Positions 51,447-64,000 of a stretch of 64,000 nt of DNA are shown in pieces. The position numbers were made by a program, and so were the translations under genes. Under the pieces are notes generated by a model. It was not told the origin of the DNA, made no database searches, and worked only from the letters and a program-made list of their open reading frames with translations. Position 1 is the first letter of the stretch, and every line of letters starts with the position of its first letter. This stretch comes from Bugula neritina. Its lineage: Eukaryota > Animalia > Bryozoa. The stretch covers positions 1,703,751-1,767,750 of the forward strand of contig OZ037773.1 of assembly GCA_964035545.1 (NCBI GenBank). Reading direction: 5' to 3'.

Positions 51447-52569
51447 ATTATATCTAAACTAAACCATACAAAAATAGAATCATGATACATTTTTCAACAG
51501 CATACAGATAATTATCAATGTTGGTAACAAATATAGCTGGGACATCCAATACTGAGTTTACAACTGTACCATCTGCTGCACCAGCAAGAAAACAGACCAA
51601 AAGGAAAAAATGGCAAAAACATTGTAATGATGGAGTGCAATATTGGAAGTTACAATATTTAATTAATTTTATTCACAATAATTAAAAATATAAGTTTTAA
51701 ATTGTTGGCGATTATTTGCATAACGCACACTGTATATTGTAGGTTTTCACACTCTGTTGTTCCTCAACCATGATGTGCTATTGTAGTGAATTTGTGTACA
51801 CGTCAGAACTCGGGTCCTAATAGCTGAGACCTGTGGAGGGCCCAACAATACAGAGTGCTCTTTCTGCAAACGGAGTTTCACTTCACACCGACGATTACGA
51901 ATCCATGCATAACAACACTCTGTCAACTATTTAGGTCAGGACCTAAAACACCGAAGGTCTCGTATTTAGACGGTACTGAAATGTAAGATTAACCTCTGCC
52001 TATTTGTACAGAGTAGCTAGGCATCTGCCGAGGCATGTGTAACTCTCTCTGCACCAACTTCTGAGATCAAGACATGAAATAAAGGAGGTCCCATGTGTAT
52101 GGGGAAAGAGGGATGCCAGCAGAAACTCTCCACACGGCGCAATTTAGAAACTGCTCAGAAATAACTTTTTTAGGGTAAATTCTTAGAAAATATTATTTGA
52201 ATGCTGTAAAGTTGTAATAATGCACTTGTTATTTTGATTAATGAAGCTCAAATGCTGCTTTTAAATTTTTATTTCATGCTGTTTTAAAAAGAGTTTATGT
52301 CTCAGCTTCAGCTAAATAAGAGTTCAGTAGCTACAACATCTTTTATGGGAATTGTCTGAAATTGAACAATAACCAATACTCTAATTATGGACAGTGTATA
52401 TAAAACTTGCAGTAGTTTGCTCAAAAGAAAAACATAAACCAGTTTATCCAACAGTTAGTGTCATTAGCTATTGTTTGATGTATTACAAGCATAAAAATCT
52501 TATTACATATATAAAAAACTAAATACGATAAATCAAGATGGCGACTGCTACATTTCCTGTATACAAGAA

Positions 52570-53760
52570 CTCAAAGAGTTGTTCTGCAAAACTGCTTTAG
52601 CGAAGAATTGTTGGTTACCTCTGGTGTACCCCAAGGATCAGTCATTGGCCCCAAACTCTTTTTATTGTATATTAACGACCTGCCTGATTGCCTCTCCTGT
52701 AAAGTTAGTTTATTTGCAGATGATACCATCATTTTTACATCTGTAAATAACTCAAATGACTCTGAAAGTTTTGAAAGAGACATAAACAACATATATGAAT
52801 GGTCTATAAAATGGGGCATGTGTTTCAATATTAAAAAGACCCAACTAATGATCTTCTCTAAAAGACCAAATTTTAATGGTACCTACACTTTCACAGGAGA
52901 AAAAGTTAGTGAGGTTGAAGAGGCCAAATATCTAGGCGTCATTATACAAAATAATCTAAAGTTTGCAAACATATAGAGCAAAAAGTTAAAAAGGCCTTTC
53001 AGATCCTGGGGTTGATAAGGCGAACACTATCAAACTCGCCGCGTAAAACAAAATTACTTGCTTTCACTTCCTTATGCCGCCCCATACTTGAGTATGAATG
53101 CCAGGTATTTGACCCTTATACACAAAAACTTGTAAATAAAATCGAGGGAGTTCAAAATCTGGCTATTCGATTTATAGGAAACTTAAAAGGCCGTACTGAC
53201 AGTGTGTCAGAGACCCGATAAAAATTAGGCCTCAGCACTCTGGAAGTCCGTCGTAGGGAGTCGAGAGTGAAGCTCTACAAGAAAATGGTGGGTAGCCCAA
53301 CAGAGATTTTCACTAAATTCTTGGAAGAAAACACCAATCTTGTTAATACTAATGTAACCACGTGTTTTCAGTCACAGAGATTGGTAACATCTCTCTTCAA
53401 ATCCTGGCCTATTTTATCATAGCTTCCTCCTTAGAACAATCAGGGACACTAGAATTGAAATCGGTGTGGAGCAGACTGCTCACTTTTGTTCCCATTGAGC
53501 GTCCCTACCATTGCTTTCTTTTAATAGACCTCTACATCAATACATTTTATTTTGCTTTATGCAGACTGCTCACTTTTGTTCCCATTGAGCGTCCCTACCA
53601 TTGCTTTCTTTTAATAGACCTCTATATGAATACATTTTATTTTGCTCTATACATTAAAAAAATTAGAAAAAAAATTGCCATTATAGTAACTCGTTGATCT
53701 CTGAGGCTTGCACGATGGTCCTACGGGATCCGCTGCAGGATCTACTTCATACAGATACAG
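52570..53760 (+). mobile_element. 5'-truncated CR1/L2-group LINE with 9-bp TSD
   Basis: SGVPQGSVIGPKLFLLYINDL, FADD, KYLGV, RPILEY; (GATACA)n tail; ATACAAGAA at 52561-52569 and 53761-53769; 90-bp tandem duplication in the 3' UTR (53471-53650). Confidence 0.92.
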
Positions 53761-55256
53761 ATACAAGAAGCAACTGAGCATACACCAAATATAAAAAATA
53801 CGGAGAAAATCATAACTTGCTAAGATATAAATTTCAAAAATAGGCGAAGCAGCGGATTTTTTTTACTTTGATTATGGAAGTAAAGTTTTGGCAACAATGT
53901 AAAACATATTTTCCTAAATGTATAAATGAAAAAAAAACTGAAAAAATAGCCTGAAGCTTCTTGAGTAGAACGATACTAAATTTATTGACATTGTCTTCAA
54001 TTAAACACCTGTTGCTAATACTTTAAAAATGTAAACAAATAAAGCTTAAACAATTTTGAAGTACCCAACTTCAACAGCCATTCTTTTCAGAATAGAGATT
54101 TCAGAAAAGTTCAAGCGGGCTTATCAAAATCAGATGATAACTTGAGTTTTATTAACGCTAGGAACATAAAACCAACACCAACTTGTTCAGAGCGTTTTTT
54201 TATACATTGAAACAATAAAATCAATTTTCATAATTTCACCAACATTCCTGGTTTTGTGGTGGTGGTGGGTCACATATTTGATCTTATTAAATTATTATAC
54301 TCATACTGTCTAGTAGTAATACTAATGCAATAACTCGAACAACAACTTATTTTCAGTTTTAAAAAAGTGAAAATAAGGCTTATGATTATTACGTTTACAT
54401 TATGATCATCATTATTAGCAATTCAAATTCGACGCGGTTTAAACAGAAATTACATAATCTCCTACATAATGATGATAAAAACTTCACCTAGCTATGAAAC
54501 TGAAAATCAAAATGCAAATGTTAAATTTAATGTTAGACTTAGCCATAGTGAGAGTCATAGAGTGATAGTGTAACACTAACTGTGACTTAAATTTAATGTT
54601 AATTTACAAACCACTACTAGCCCCAGATCCACATTTACTGATTTAGTGTCAGTTTGACTTTCCCTTTGAGTCGCAGTTGCCGTTGGGCTGCACAAAGTGG
54701 CCATTTGTGCGAACATACGTGGTTCTACTTAAAATTTTATAATTATATAATATTTTAACCTTGAGAGCATCATTAATGGAGTGGTGGTGGATGGTTGTTG
54801 GTGTAGAACTAGAAGTGTTGGCACTGGCATTATCATTATCACTTGATTATTCGGATCAGAAGCGCACGTGTACACCAAGAAGGTCGCAGACGTAATGTGA
54901 GCAGAACTAGTAAGCCAATTAACGACGCTATCTAAATAGCCAATCAGAGCATTTCCAAGTACTACATGCTCCGCCACTGGTCTGCATATAGAAAATTCCG
55001 TGAAGTGAAACTGAAAAAAATAACTAGAAGCAGCCCTGAATCGAGATTGATTGAGTGCAGTAGTTCGGAGTTTCAAGTTGGGGTACAGAGTTTCAACGTA
55101 AATCTTCAACTCTAAACTCGACAATTCCAAGCTATTTCACTCAGACACCCCATTCCAAGCTGCTTATAGAAAGATTCGAAACAAAAGTAAAATATGTAAT
55201 TGTAGTTGTGTAGAGTTTTTAATTTTATTTTAAGTTCAATAATTAATTGATGATCT

Positions 55257-58200
55257 ATGTCGTCGTTTCCTGTTATTAAGTTATTCTCACTTTTTATAAA
55301 GCAATTGAGCAAACCCGCGGCTGGTTACATCAAAAGAAAAGCCAAAGAAAGTTACTTTATTAGGAAATATATTTGCATCCCACCCGCTCAACGTAAGACT
55401 AAGCATCAGCAAGTTTTAGTTTAACTTAAATTGTGTTTATCTTAAAAGGCTAACACTGGCTTATACTTATAGTTAATCACTTAATGTGATAGTTATAAAT
55501 TGTAGCTAGAACAGTATAAGTCCTAAACTTTACATCTTACAACTGATAATAATCAACAATATTATTAATAATGTTGGTAACACTAACATTAACAATATGA
55601 ATATGAATATTAAATATGAGTTTAAATATCGATATGAATACGGTTTCAACTCTGTCTCTTATATTCGTATTCATACTCATACTGGCACTGCCAATTGTAA
55701 ACCGTTGTGGTTTTTGTAGCCAGATCACGATTTTCAAAAAAAATTAAACAGTTCCACTATTAGTTTTTCTTTTCAAAAAATAGAACATTAACTTCAAGTT
55801 CCTAGAGCTATAGTTTAACTTTGCTTAGAGTTAGTCTTGTAGTAAATAATTGTCGTATTACTATTTCGTTTACTATTACTATTAGTGAATTATTTTATCA
55901 TTTATGACCATTAATATTAGTTGTAACTTGTATCTATACTCCTTAGTCCAACCACGGAAAGGGAATATTCTGGTAGTGAGGGCCACATTGTAAACTTCAG
56001 TTTGAGCTGGGGGGGGGGAGAAACCACAGCATCAGTATTTACTATTTTATAAATTACTTTATTGCAAAACTTTTTGAATCATTGCACAGTTAAGTCCCAA
56101 TAGTGATTGCAGGCTGCATGTTTTGTAGCATGTGTAGAAATAAGACATTTAAAAGGTGGTTTTTCGCTCTAATTCTTGTTTACGTGTCAAAACTAATTTT
56201 AGCTCTATGCCTTCGAGGGCCACATAATTGTAGGCTGTGGGCCACATTCATTTATGAAGCCGCCAGTTGGACAGCCCTGCCTTAGTCTTTACTCTTTTAA
56301 TTTAACCTAATACTTAGGCCTACATCGTACACGTTGTCTTCATCTATACTCATAGTGATTGCCATAGTGAAACAGATAGTCGATTCAAATTTCAACTTAA
56401 AGTCAATTTTAGCTTTACAGTCTACTTTTACTTTCAGTCTTGCTCAGTGTCAGTATGAGTATGATTGTCACTCATTCTTAAGTGTCTCAATGCTGACCTG
56501 GTCTCATGACTACAGTGATGAACTCATAATGATAATGGTAATAACTTTCACAAGAACAATAATTATGATTATAATTTCAACATAATGGTACTATAATTAT
56601 TCTACGGACACAAACTGAAACTGAATGCAATAGACTACATTAGTATTGGTGTATTACTGTTACTCGAGGTTTGAAGGTGATCAAAGATCATGCTCATAGT
56701 AATAGTTATACTTGTAGTTTTATTGTTACTATTGGTAATAAATTACTAAATTAATCATTTAGTGCATAGAGTTTTACTATAACTATGAGTATGACTTATT
56801 AGCTCTGCATTCAGTTCCACCATCATTATGATTATGACTATGGGTATTAGTATGTTTAATGGCTAGCAGTAGCTGTATTCCACATATTATTAACATAATA
56901 GCAACATTAATATATTATAATATAATATAATATATTAATGTATACTATACCGATTTTTATTTACATTGATAATGCATAGTTATGATGATCATAATATAAA
57001 ACTTAGTTACAATAAATGCAATATTTATGATTCACTATTTAGCAATTATGTTAGATTATTGTCATTAGAGGATTCAATTCAAAAAATATTTGTTACCATG
57101 GTTATATGACAATTTAATACATAATCAGACTTGTTGTTTTCAAGTGGATGGCATCACATAATTAGGTCACTTTGCTGAATTTAGGACACACTTGATATCT
57201 TCATTTTTCATCTATAAAGCTCTAGCTGCTATTGTATTGGTGTTTTATCTAATACTAGTGAGCTGTTTACAATTAAAACCCTATAATTAAATATTTTTTA
57301 TATTATTAGTCAAATACATAGGTTTTCCTAATAACTTTTACAGCACTGTTTGTGAAACTTATTTTATAATTCACAAATAGCCCAGCTTTTACTCTTTTAA
57401 ATAAGTCAAGTAGTTATCAACTGTTGAAGTAGAGTTATATTAGTAGGATTTTTGTTCTAGTAGTAATAAGTTATTAGAAAAAGAATATAAAAACGTTTAT
57501 TTGCCGATAGGTTCCATCTTGATCTTAACTTTGTTATTCATTTCCAATCTTGAGCTAAAGCTTCAAGCCTGTAGAAAGTCTACTTTGTGTTGTTATTGTG
57601 TTTACAATGTTTCATTCTATTAATTTCTATTGTATTTCATTGATATCTATTAGTAAAATGTCAGAGTAATCTACCTGGAATTGTCATTGAATTTATTTAG
57701 TAACAGCAAGTGTGATTGTCAAACAATATGTTCAATGCTCACCAGTAGTAACACTAACATGTAAACACCTAAGTGTTTTGTCAGCGTCTATAATCGTTGC
57801 AGTTTATCACCGATGTGATGTGAGACTGAGAATCTGGACTTCCGGGGCAAGAAAAAGGTCGGGTTATAAAATACCCCCACTAACAGAGGAAAGAGCCATT
57901 GATGACGGAGCAGATCTTTTGGGAGAGACATTCATATTTGGAGTAGCTGTTGGTTAGTTTCTATCAGTGCAGATTGTACTAAATAAGGTGGATGATTCAT
58001 TTGTATACAATTTATACTGTTGTAATGCCTTACGTGTTACTTATATGTATATGGTATAGTATAGTATAGTATAGTGTATAATATGTATATTACAGTATCT
58101 AGTGCAAGGGTGGGCAACTTCTTTTGCATGAGGGCCAAGTTCAGCAGTCATGATTGTACACATATTAAATTTTATCATAATAAACTAATTTGTCACCAAA

Positions 58201-58905
58201 CCTATGCTGTGTTAATCAGAATCCACATAACAGTTTTTACTTATTTGAGCATTAAAAGAGCCACTGAAAAATGAGCACAGGGCCACAGGTGGCTCTAGGG
58301 CCCCTGTTGCCCATCCCTGCTGTATAGTATAGTAAATACTCGCGCAAGTTTATAGTCACTATCCCTGTGAGAAACCCCTGATAGAAAGGGTTTTTGTGAA
58401 AGCGGGCTAAGGACTTATTTAGATGAGGTACAGGAAGCAATTATGACTGGATGCTCTTCCTAACATCACCATCTATGGCTTTTGTCAGGGCTCGAACCCA
58501 TGACCTTCTCTTTTACTAGGCAAACGCTCAAACCCCTAGACCACGGCTGCTCCCTTGTATAGTATAGTAAATAGTGTATAGTAAATAGTCTAGACTCTAG
58601 TAGATAGACAATTTTCTAGAGTAGTATACACTATACAGACTATTATAATATAACGAAACAAGCTTTACAGGAATTATTATATTCTGTTAGGTTTGCTGGG
58701 CTTTGAGTATCACAGACAGGCGCGTAATTCAGCCATGAAGGAAGAAAAACAAGAGCATAGCCTTAGGAGTTTAACCCGAGATACCAAAAAGTTACGAGAG
58801 CTGGTGAATACGCAGAGTAATGATCTAGATGAGCTGGTGAGGCTAGTCGAAGTCATTCGGAACAAATCTGTGTCAGGCTCCAATCAGAAGCAACCAACTC
58901 GCTGA
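55257..58905 (+). CDS. OPA3: Optic atrophy 3 protein homolog, ~166 aa
   Basis: Exons 55257-55392, 57803-57952, 58691-58905 are in phase (501 nt). FPVIKL..IKQLSKP..YICIPPAQLYH, IPPLTEERAIDDGADLLGETFIFGV, EYHRQ and a C-terminal coiled coil. Confidence 0.93.
55949..56279. mobile_element. hAT-type MITE with 8-bp TSD, left TIR partly deleted
   Basis: Right TIR GTTGGACAGCCCTG; CCTTAGTC at 55941-55948 and 56280-56287. Confidence 0.7.
58105..58319. mobile_element. hAT-type MITE
   Basis: TIRs CAAGGGTGGGCAAC and GTTGCCCATCCCTG. Confidence 0.7.
58339..58555 (-). mobile_element. tRNA-derived SINE, copy 3, with 18-bp TSD
   Basis: Same family as 22776; TGTATAGTATAGTAAATA at 58321-58338 and 58556-58573. 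Confidence 0.92.
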
Positions 58906-58939
58906 GTGAACTTGTAGCGCCCTGTTTGCTGGGAGTAGC

Positions 58940-59078
58940 AGTGCAGTCAGTTAAATGACTCTGAGTAGTACAGTCAGTGACACCACTTTGAGTACTGCAG
59001 TCAGTGACATCACTCTGAGTAGTACAGTCAGTGACATCACTCTGAGTAGTACAGTCAGTGACATCACTCTGAGTAGTG
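58940..59078. repeat. 27-bp minisatellite just 3' of the OPA3 stop
   Basis: About 5 copies of AGTACAGTCAGTGACATCACTCTGAGT. Confidence 0.9.
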
Positions 59079-60561
59079 CTACTCTGTGTTTGTGAAAGTC
59101 CTGTCATTTGCTGTTATGATTATAATAAGTATGATAAATTCAAGGGCATGTAGATATGGATTTTTGGTTTAATTGTTGATAAAGTTTTTCCCAGAATACA
59201 AGTTTGAAATTTAGGATCACTAATTTATTTACCTGCATGAGGTACATAACATACTGCATTAATAGTACATAATATACTCTGTTAATGGTACATAACTTTA
59301 AGAGCTGAGAATAATACCTTTTGTTGCAATAATTTATTATGTGATTTTTATACAGAGTGGTGATGAATAACATAATATATATTATATTGTAAATTGCACC
59401 GTTTTTCACTGTAAAATATTTCCCAATAAAGTTACTATAGTAGCTGTTGAATTTTCAACTGGTAAATTTGTATTCATTTATAGAGTGAGTAGCATAATAA
59501 ACATTAGTACATTTAAATATAGGGAGGCATGCACCTATAATATGCAGTACAGATACCTACCTATGTGCACTATGTATATATAAGTAACACTTGTATAAAT
59601 GCACATCAAGTTAGAGTTTGTAAATTTTACACAGACATACATTCATAGGATGATGGACCGCATGAGGAAAAGTTGCTAGCTGTTATTATTCTAATTGAAT
59701 AATGTTTTAACATAAATATAATGTGTTATTTCATATAATATAACATATTATCATGTTTATACATGATCAATTTTACTAGCTCTAAATAATATATTTTGAA
59801 ACAACATCACCACCTACAGTATTTATTTTTTGTTTTATGTGACCGCATATATAGCCTTTCATAAAGCTTTTGGGTTAATGATGTAAAACTAGTCCATTGT
59901 TTCTGTTCGCAATGTGTACTGAGTAGTGTGTAAATAGTTACGATTCGGATAACACGTGGAGAGTTCAACTCATCAACACAATCGTGTTTCATATTCGATG
60001 ATTTATTTCGTATGAGCCAATAGAGATGCTCATTGCATAATTGCCAGCATCGATAAATGTTTTGGAAATTCCAACTTGCCCAGCGCAAAAGCAGTAGTAT
60101 TATTTGTTACTAAGCGATTGATAAATTCAAGATCATAGTCCGAGCTTACAGCTTTTACGTAATTGGCAGAACTGACAAATTAATTTGAGCCGCATTACCT
60201 GTCACACTTCAAAATAATACACGTGGAGTTGATGACATAATTATGTTTGATGGGTGCGATGACTGGTCACGACCAGCGTGGTGCAATCGATTTTATTGAA
60301 TATAAAAAGAAGTGTGGCGCACAATGGCCTGCATTCGGGTTGGTCAGTATACAACAAAAAAGTTGGATAAATTTACCAGGAGTCATAAAGAAGTATTAAT
60401 TTAAAAAAAAACACTTCACCGCCCTAACTCAGGGTTTAAATTTTAATTTAATTTTCGTTTAAGTTTAACAGTAACTTGATATTATTTTTAATTCAATTAG
60501 ACGTCAGTCTTCGACTTTGTTTGTTTAAAACACGTGCTACTTATATTAATATTTTTCAAGT

Positions 60562-62093
<1,532 letters not shown>

Positions 62094-62587
62094 ACTAAAA
62101 TCTATTTATCATGTGACAATCCACTAAATGAAAATTTACATTTTTATCTATTTTGGTTGTTGAGTTAATTTCCTGTCATAGCAATATTCATTCTTATTGT
62201 ACATAGAAGACTGTTTCTGATATGTGAAGTTGTCTCCCTCTCATCATATCAACTTGAGATTATTTTAACTAGCATGTTGCTGTAATATTATTATCAAACC
62301 TAATTTATATATTTTTATAAAACAAAATTGCATACAATGCAATATGTGTGGTTTTTATGTAACATTATTAAATTTCCTTCATAATATAAAATATTATATT
62401 TTCAAAACTTGTATATACTAAAGGGTCAAGCATCATGAACTGAAGTGTCGAGAATTTGTACTCTAGCGTCACAAATAAAATACCATGTCGAAATTTTACA
62501 TACAACAGAAGAATTTAGCCGTCACCTGTGGAGTTTTATAGTTGGGTCTTAGCAGATCTCTGCATAGACAAGTTGACATATTTATCT

Positions 62588-62595
62588 CGCACACA

Positions 62596-62651
<56 letters not shown>

Positions 62652-62655
62652 CACG
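62588..62655. repeat. (GCAC)n/(AC)n microsatellite
   Basis: Direct tandem repeats. Confidence 0.95.
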
Positions 62656-62781
62656 TACAGGTTACAGGTCACATCTGTTGCAAGAATTTGTGATCAAATA
62701 TTTTGACTTCATGAAGAAATAAGAGAATGCAATTCAATAAGTGGCTCTGGACATAAATTAAAATCTCTCTGTACACTCAAC

Positions 62782-62913
62782 TCAATCTTGTGGTAACCAT
62801 TTGAAATAAGGCAAACAAAATCAACTTTATAAATATATATATATAATATATATATTTATATTTATAAAGTTGATTTTTGTTTGCCTTATTTCAAATGGTT
62901 ACCACAAGATTGA
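62782..62913. repeat. Near-perfect inverted repeat next to a (TA)n tract (62913-63110)
   Basis: ~55-bp arms TCAATCTTGTGGTAACCATTTGAAATAAGGCAAACAAAATCAACTTTATAAATA and its reverse complement, with one 1-nt indel and a TA-rich loop. Confidence 0.9.
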
Positions 62914-62915
62914 TA

Positions 62916-62966
<51 letters not shown>

Positions 62967-63079
62967 GTATATATATATTATACATATATTATACATATAT
63001 CATAATATATATATATATATATATATTATATAATATTATATATATATATATATAATAAATACATATAACTTATACATGC

Positions 63080-63110
<31 letters not shown>

Positions 63111-64000
63111 TGTTTTAATATTTTTACAACAATTTAAATATATGAATATAATATGATTGTTGAAGATTAACTTAAATAACTTAAACTCAATGTTGATTCT
63201 AAAAACCATTGTTGCCCACTTCACTTGCAGCAATTTTGTGTACACAGCTAGTAGATTTTATCTTAACATGTACTGTATTGCTATGATTATATTGATGTAA
63301 ATGTAATATTAATATGGATTTTTCTGTATTATTAACTAACCTGTTCTGTATTTTGAACAGCATACTAAACCTTGAAGAATTGGGTAAGCAACATTTTCAT
63401 TAAACTACAACATTAAACAATTACAACATATGCTAATGCTATCCAATAAGGTAGATGTTTCTTAGTAATCATATTATTATAATAACTTATATTTACTAAT
63501 GTGTGGGACATATGCACTTACTTATCTCTGCAAGCAGATATTTCTAGTATAGTTCTCATTATAAAAACTATATAGTTTGAATTTACTCTCGTTTGTTATA
63601 CTTACTATAGTTTATAACTGTTACTGTTAGAAAGTATGATTCTAGAGGCTTGTGGTAAAGACTTGCTGTGTGCAGCATGTTAATATAGTACTAATTTCAG
63701 TAGCAATGAGTGTATCTGCAGTATTTATTAATATATATTCTAGTACTAATCTATACCATAGCTAAGAGCTATTGAGTCACAACTATATGTAAAGTATATT
63801 ATATCGTTTTTATGATTAAAAACTGAATTAATAGGATTCCATATTTCGAAAAACAGAGTATTTATATTTAGTAATGTTACTGTATTGAATATAATAAACT
63901 TATTTACTCGTTTAACTGACTACGAATCTGTTTTGTGTAGTATAAACTACTATCAGCAGTTCGCTATGGTCGGGTGGTTTTGTTTGGGAATTTATATTGT

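Noticed and set aside
51780-52160. GC-richer non-coding block possibly holding a structured RNA or SINE
   Set aside because: No A/B boxes, TSD, ribozyme core or second copy could be identified by eye.

Overview
AT-rich, intron-containing animal (probably marine invertebrate) genomic DNA with three zones. (1) 2.5-19.5 kb holds four genes for secreted or surface proteins: an ~806-aa thrombospondin type-1 repeat (TSR) protein built on 12 near-identical 144-nt exons that encode an abnormal 4-Cys 'CC' TSR, a PAN/apple plus C-type lectin (QPD) gene, a partial type-I membrane mucin-like gene, and a small secreted coiled-coil orphan. ALKBH1 follows at 22.5-25.6 kb. (2) ~27.7-53.8 kb is a gene-free pile of nested, decayed transposons (R2-like, Gypsy, BEL/Pao, Penelope-like, P/THAP, pogo-like, Sola-like, CR1/L2-group LINE). 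Essentially every orientable fragment lies on the + strand, as in a flamenco-type uni-strand piRNA cluster. (3) 55-62 kb holds OPA3 and an ARF-family GTPase; an intron of the latter carries a miniature LTR element whose LTRs each contain a tRNA-like sequence. A tRNA-derived SINE (3 copies), MITEs, foldbacks and many micro/minisatellites are scattered throughout. Gene models were built by hand from splice sites and reading phase. Family assignments rest on motif recognition, not database searches.
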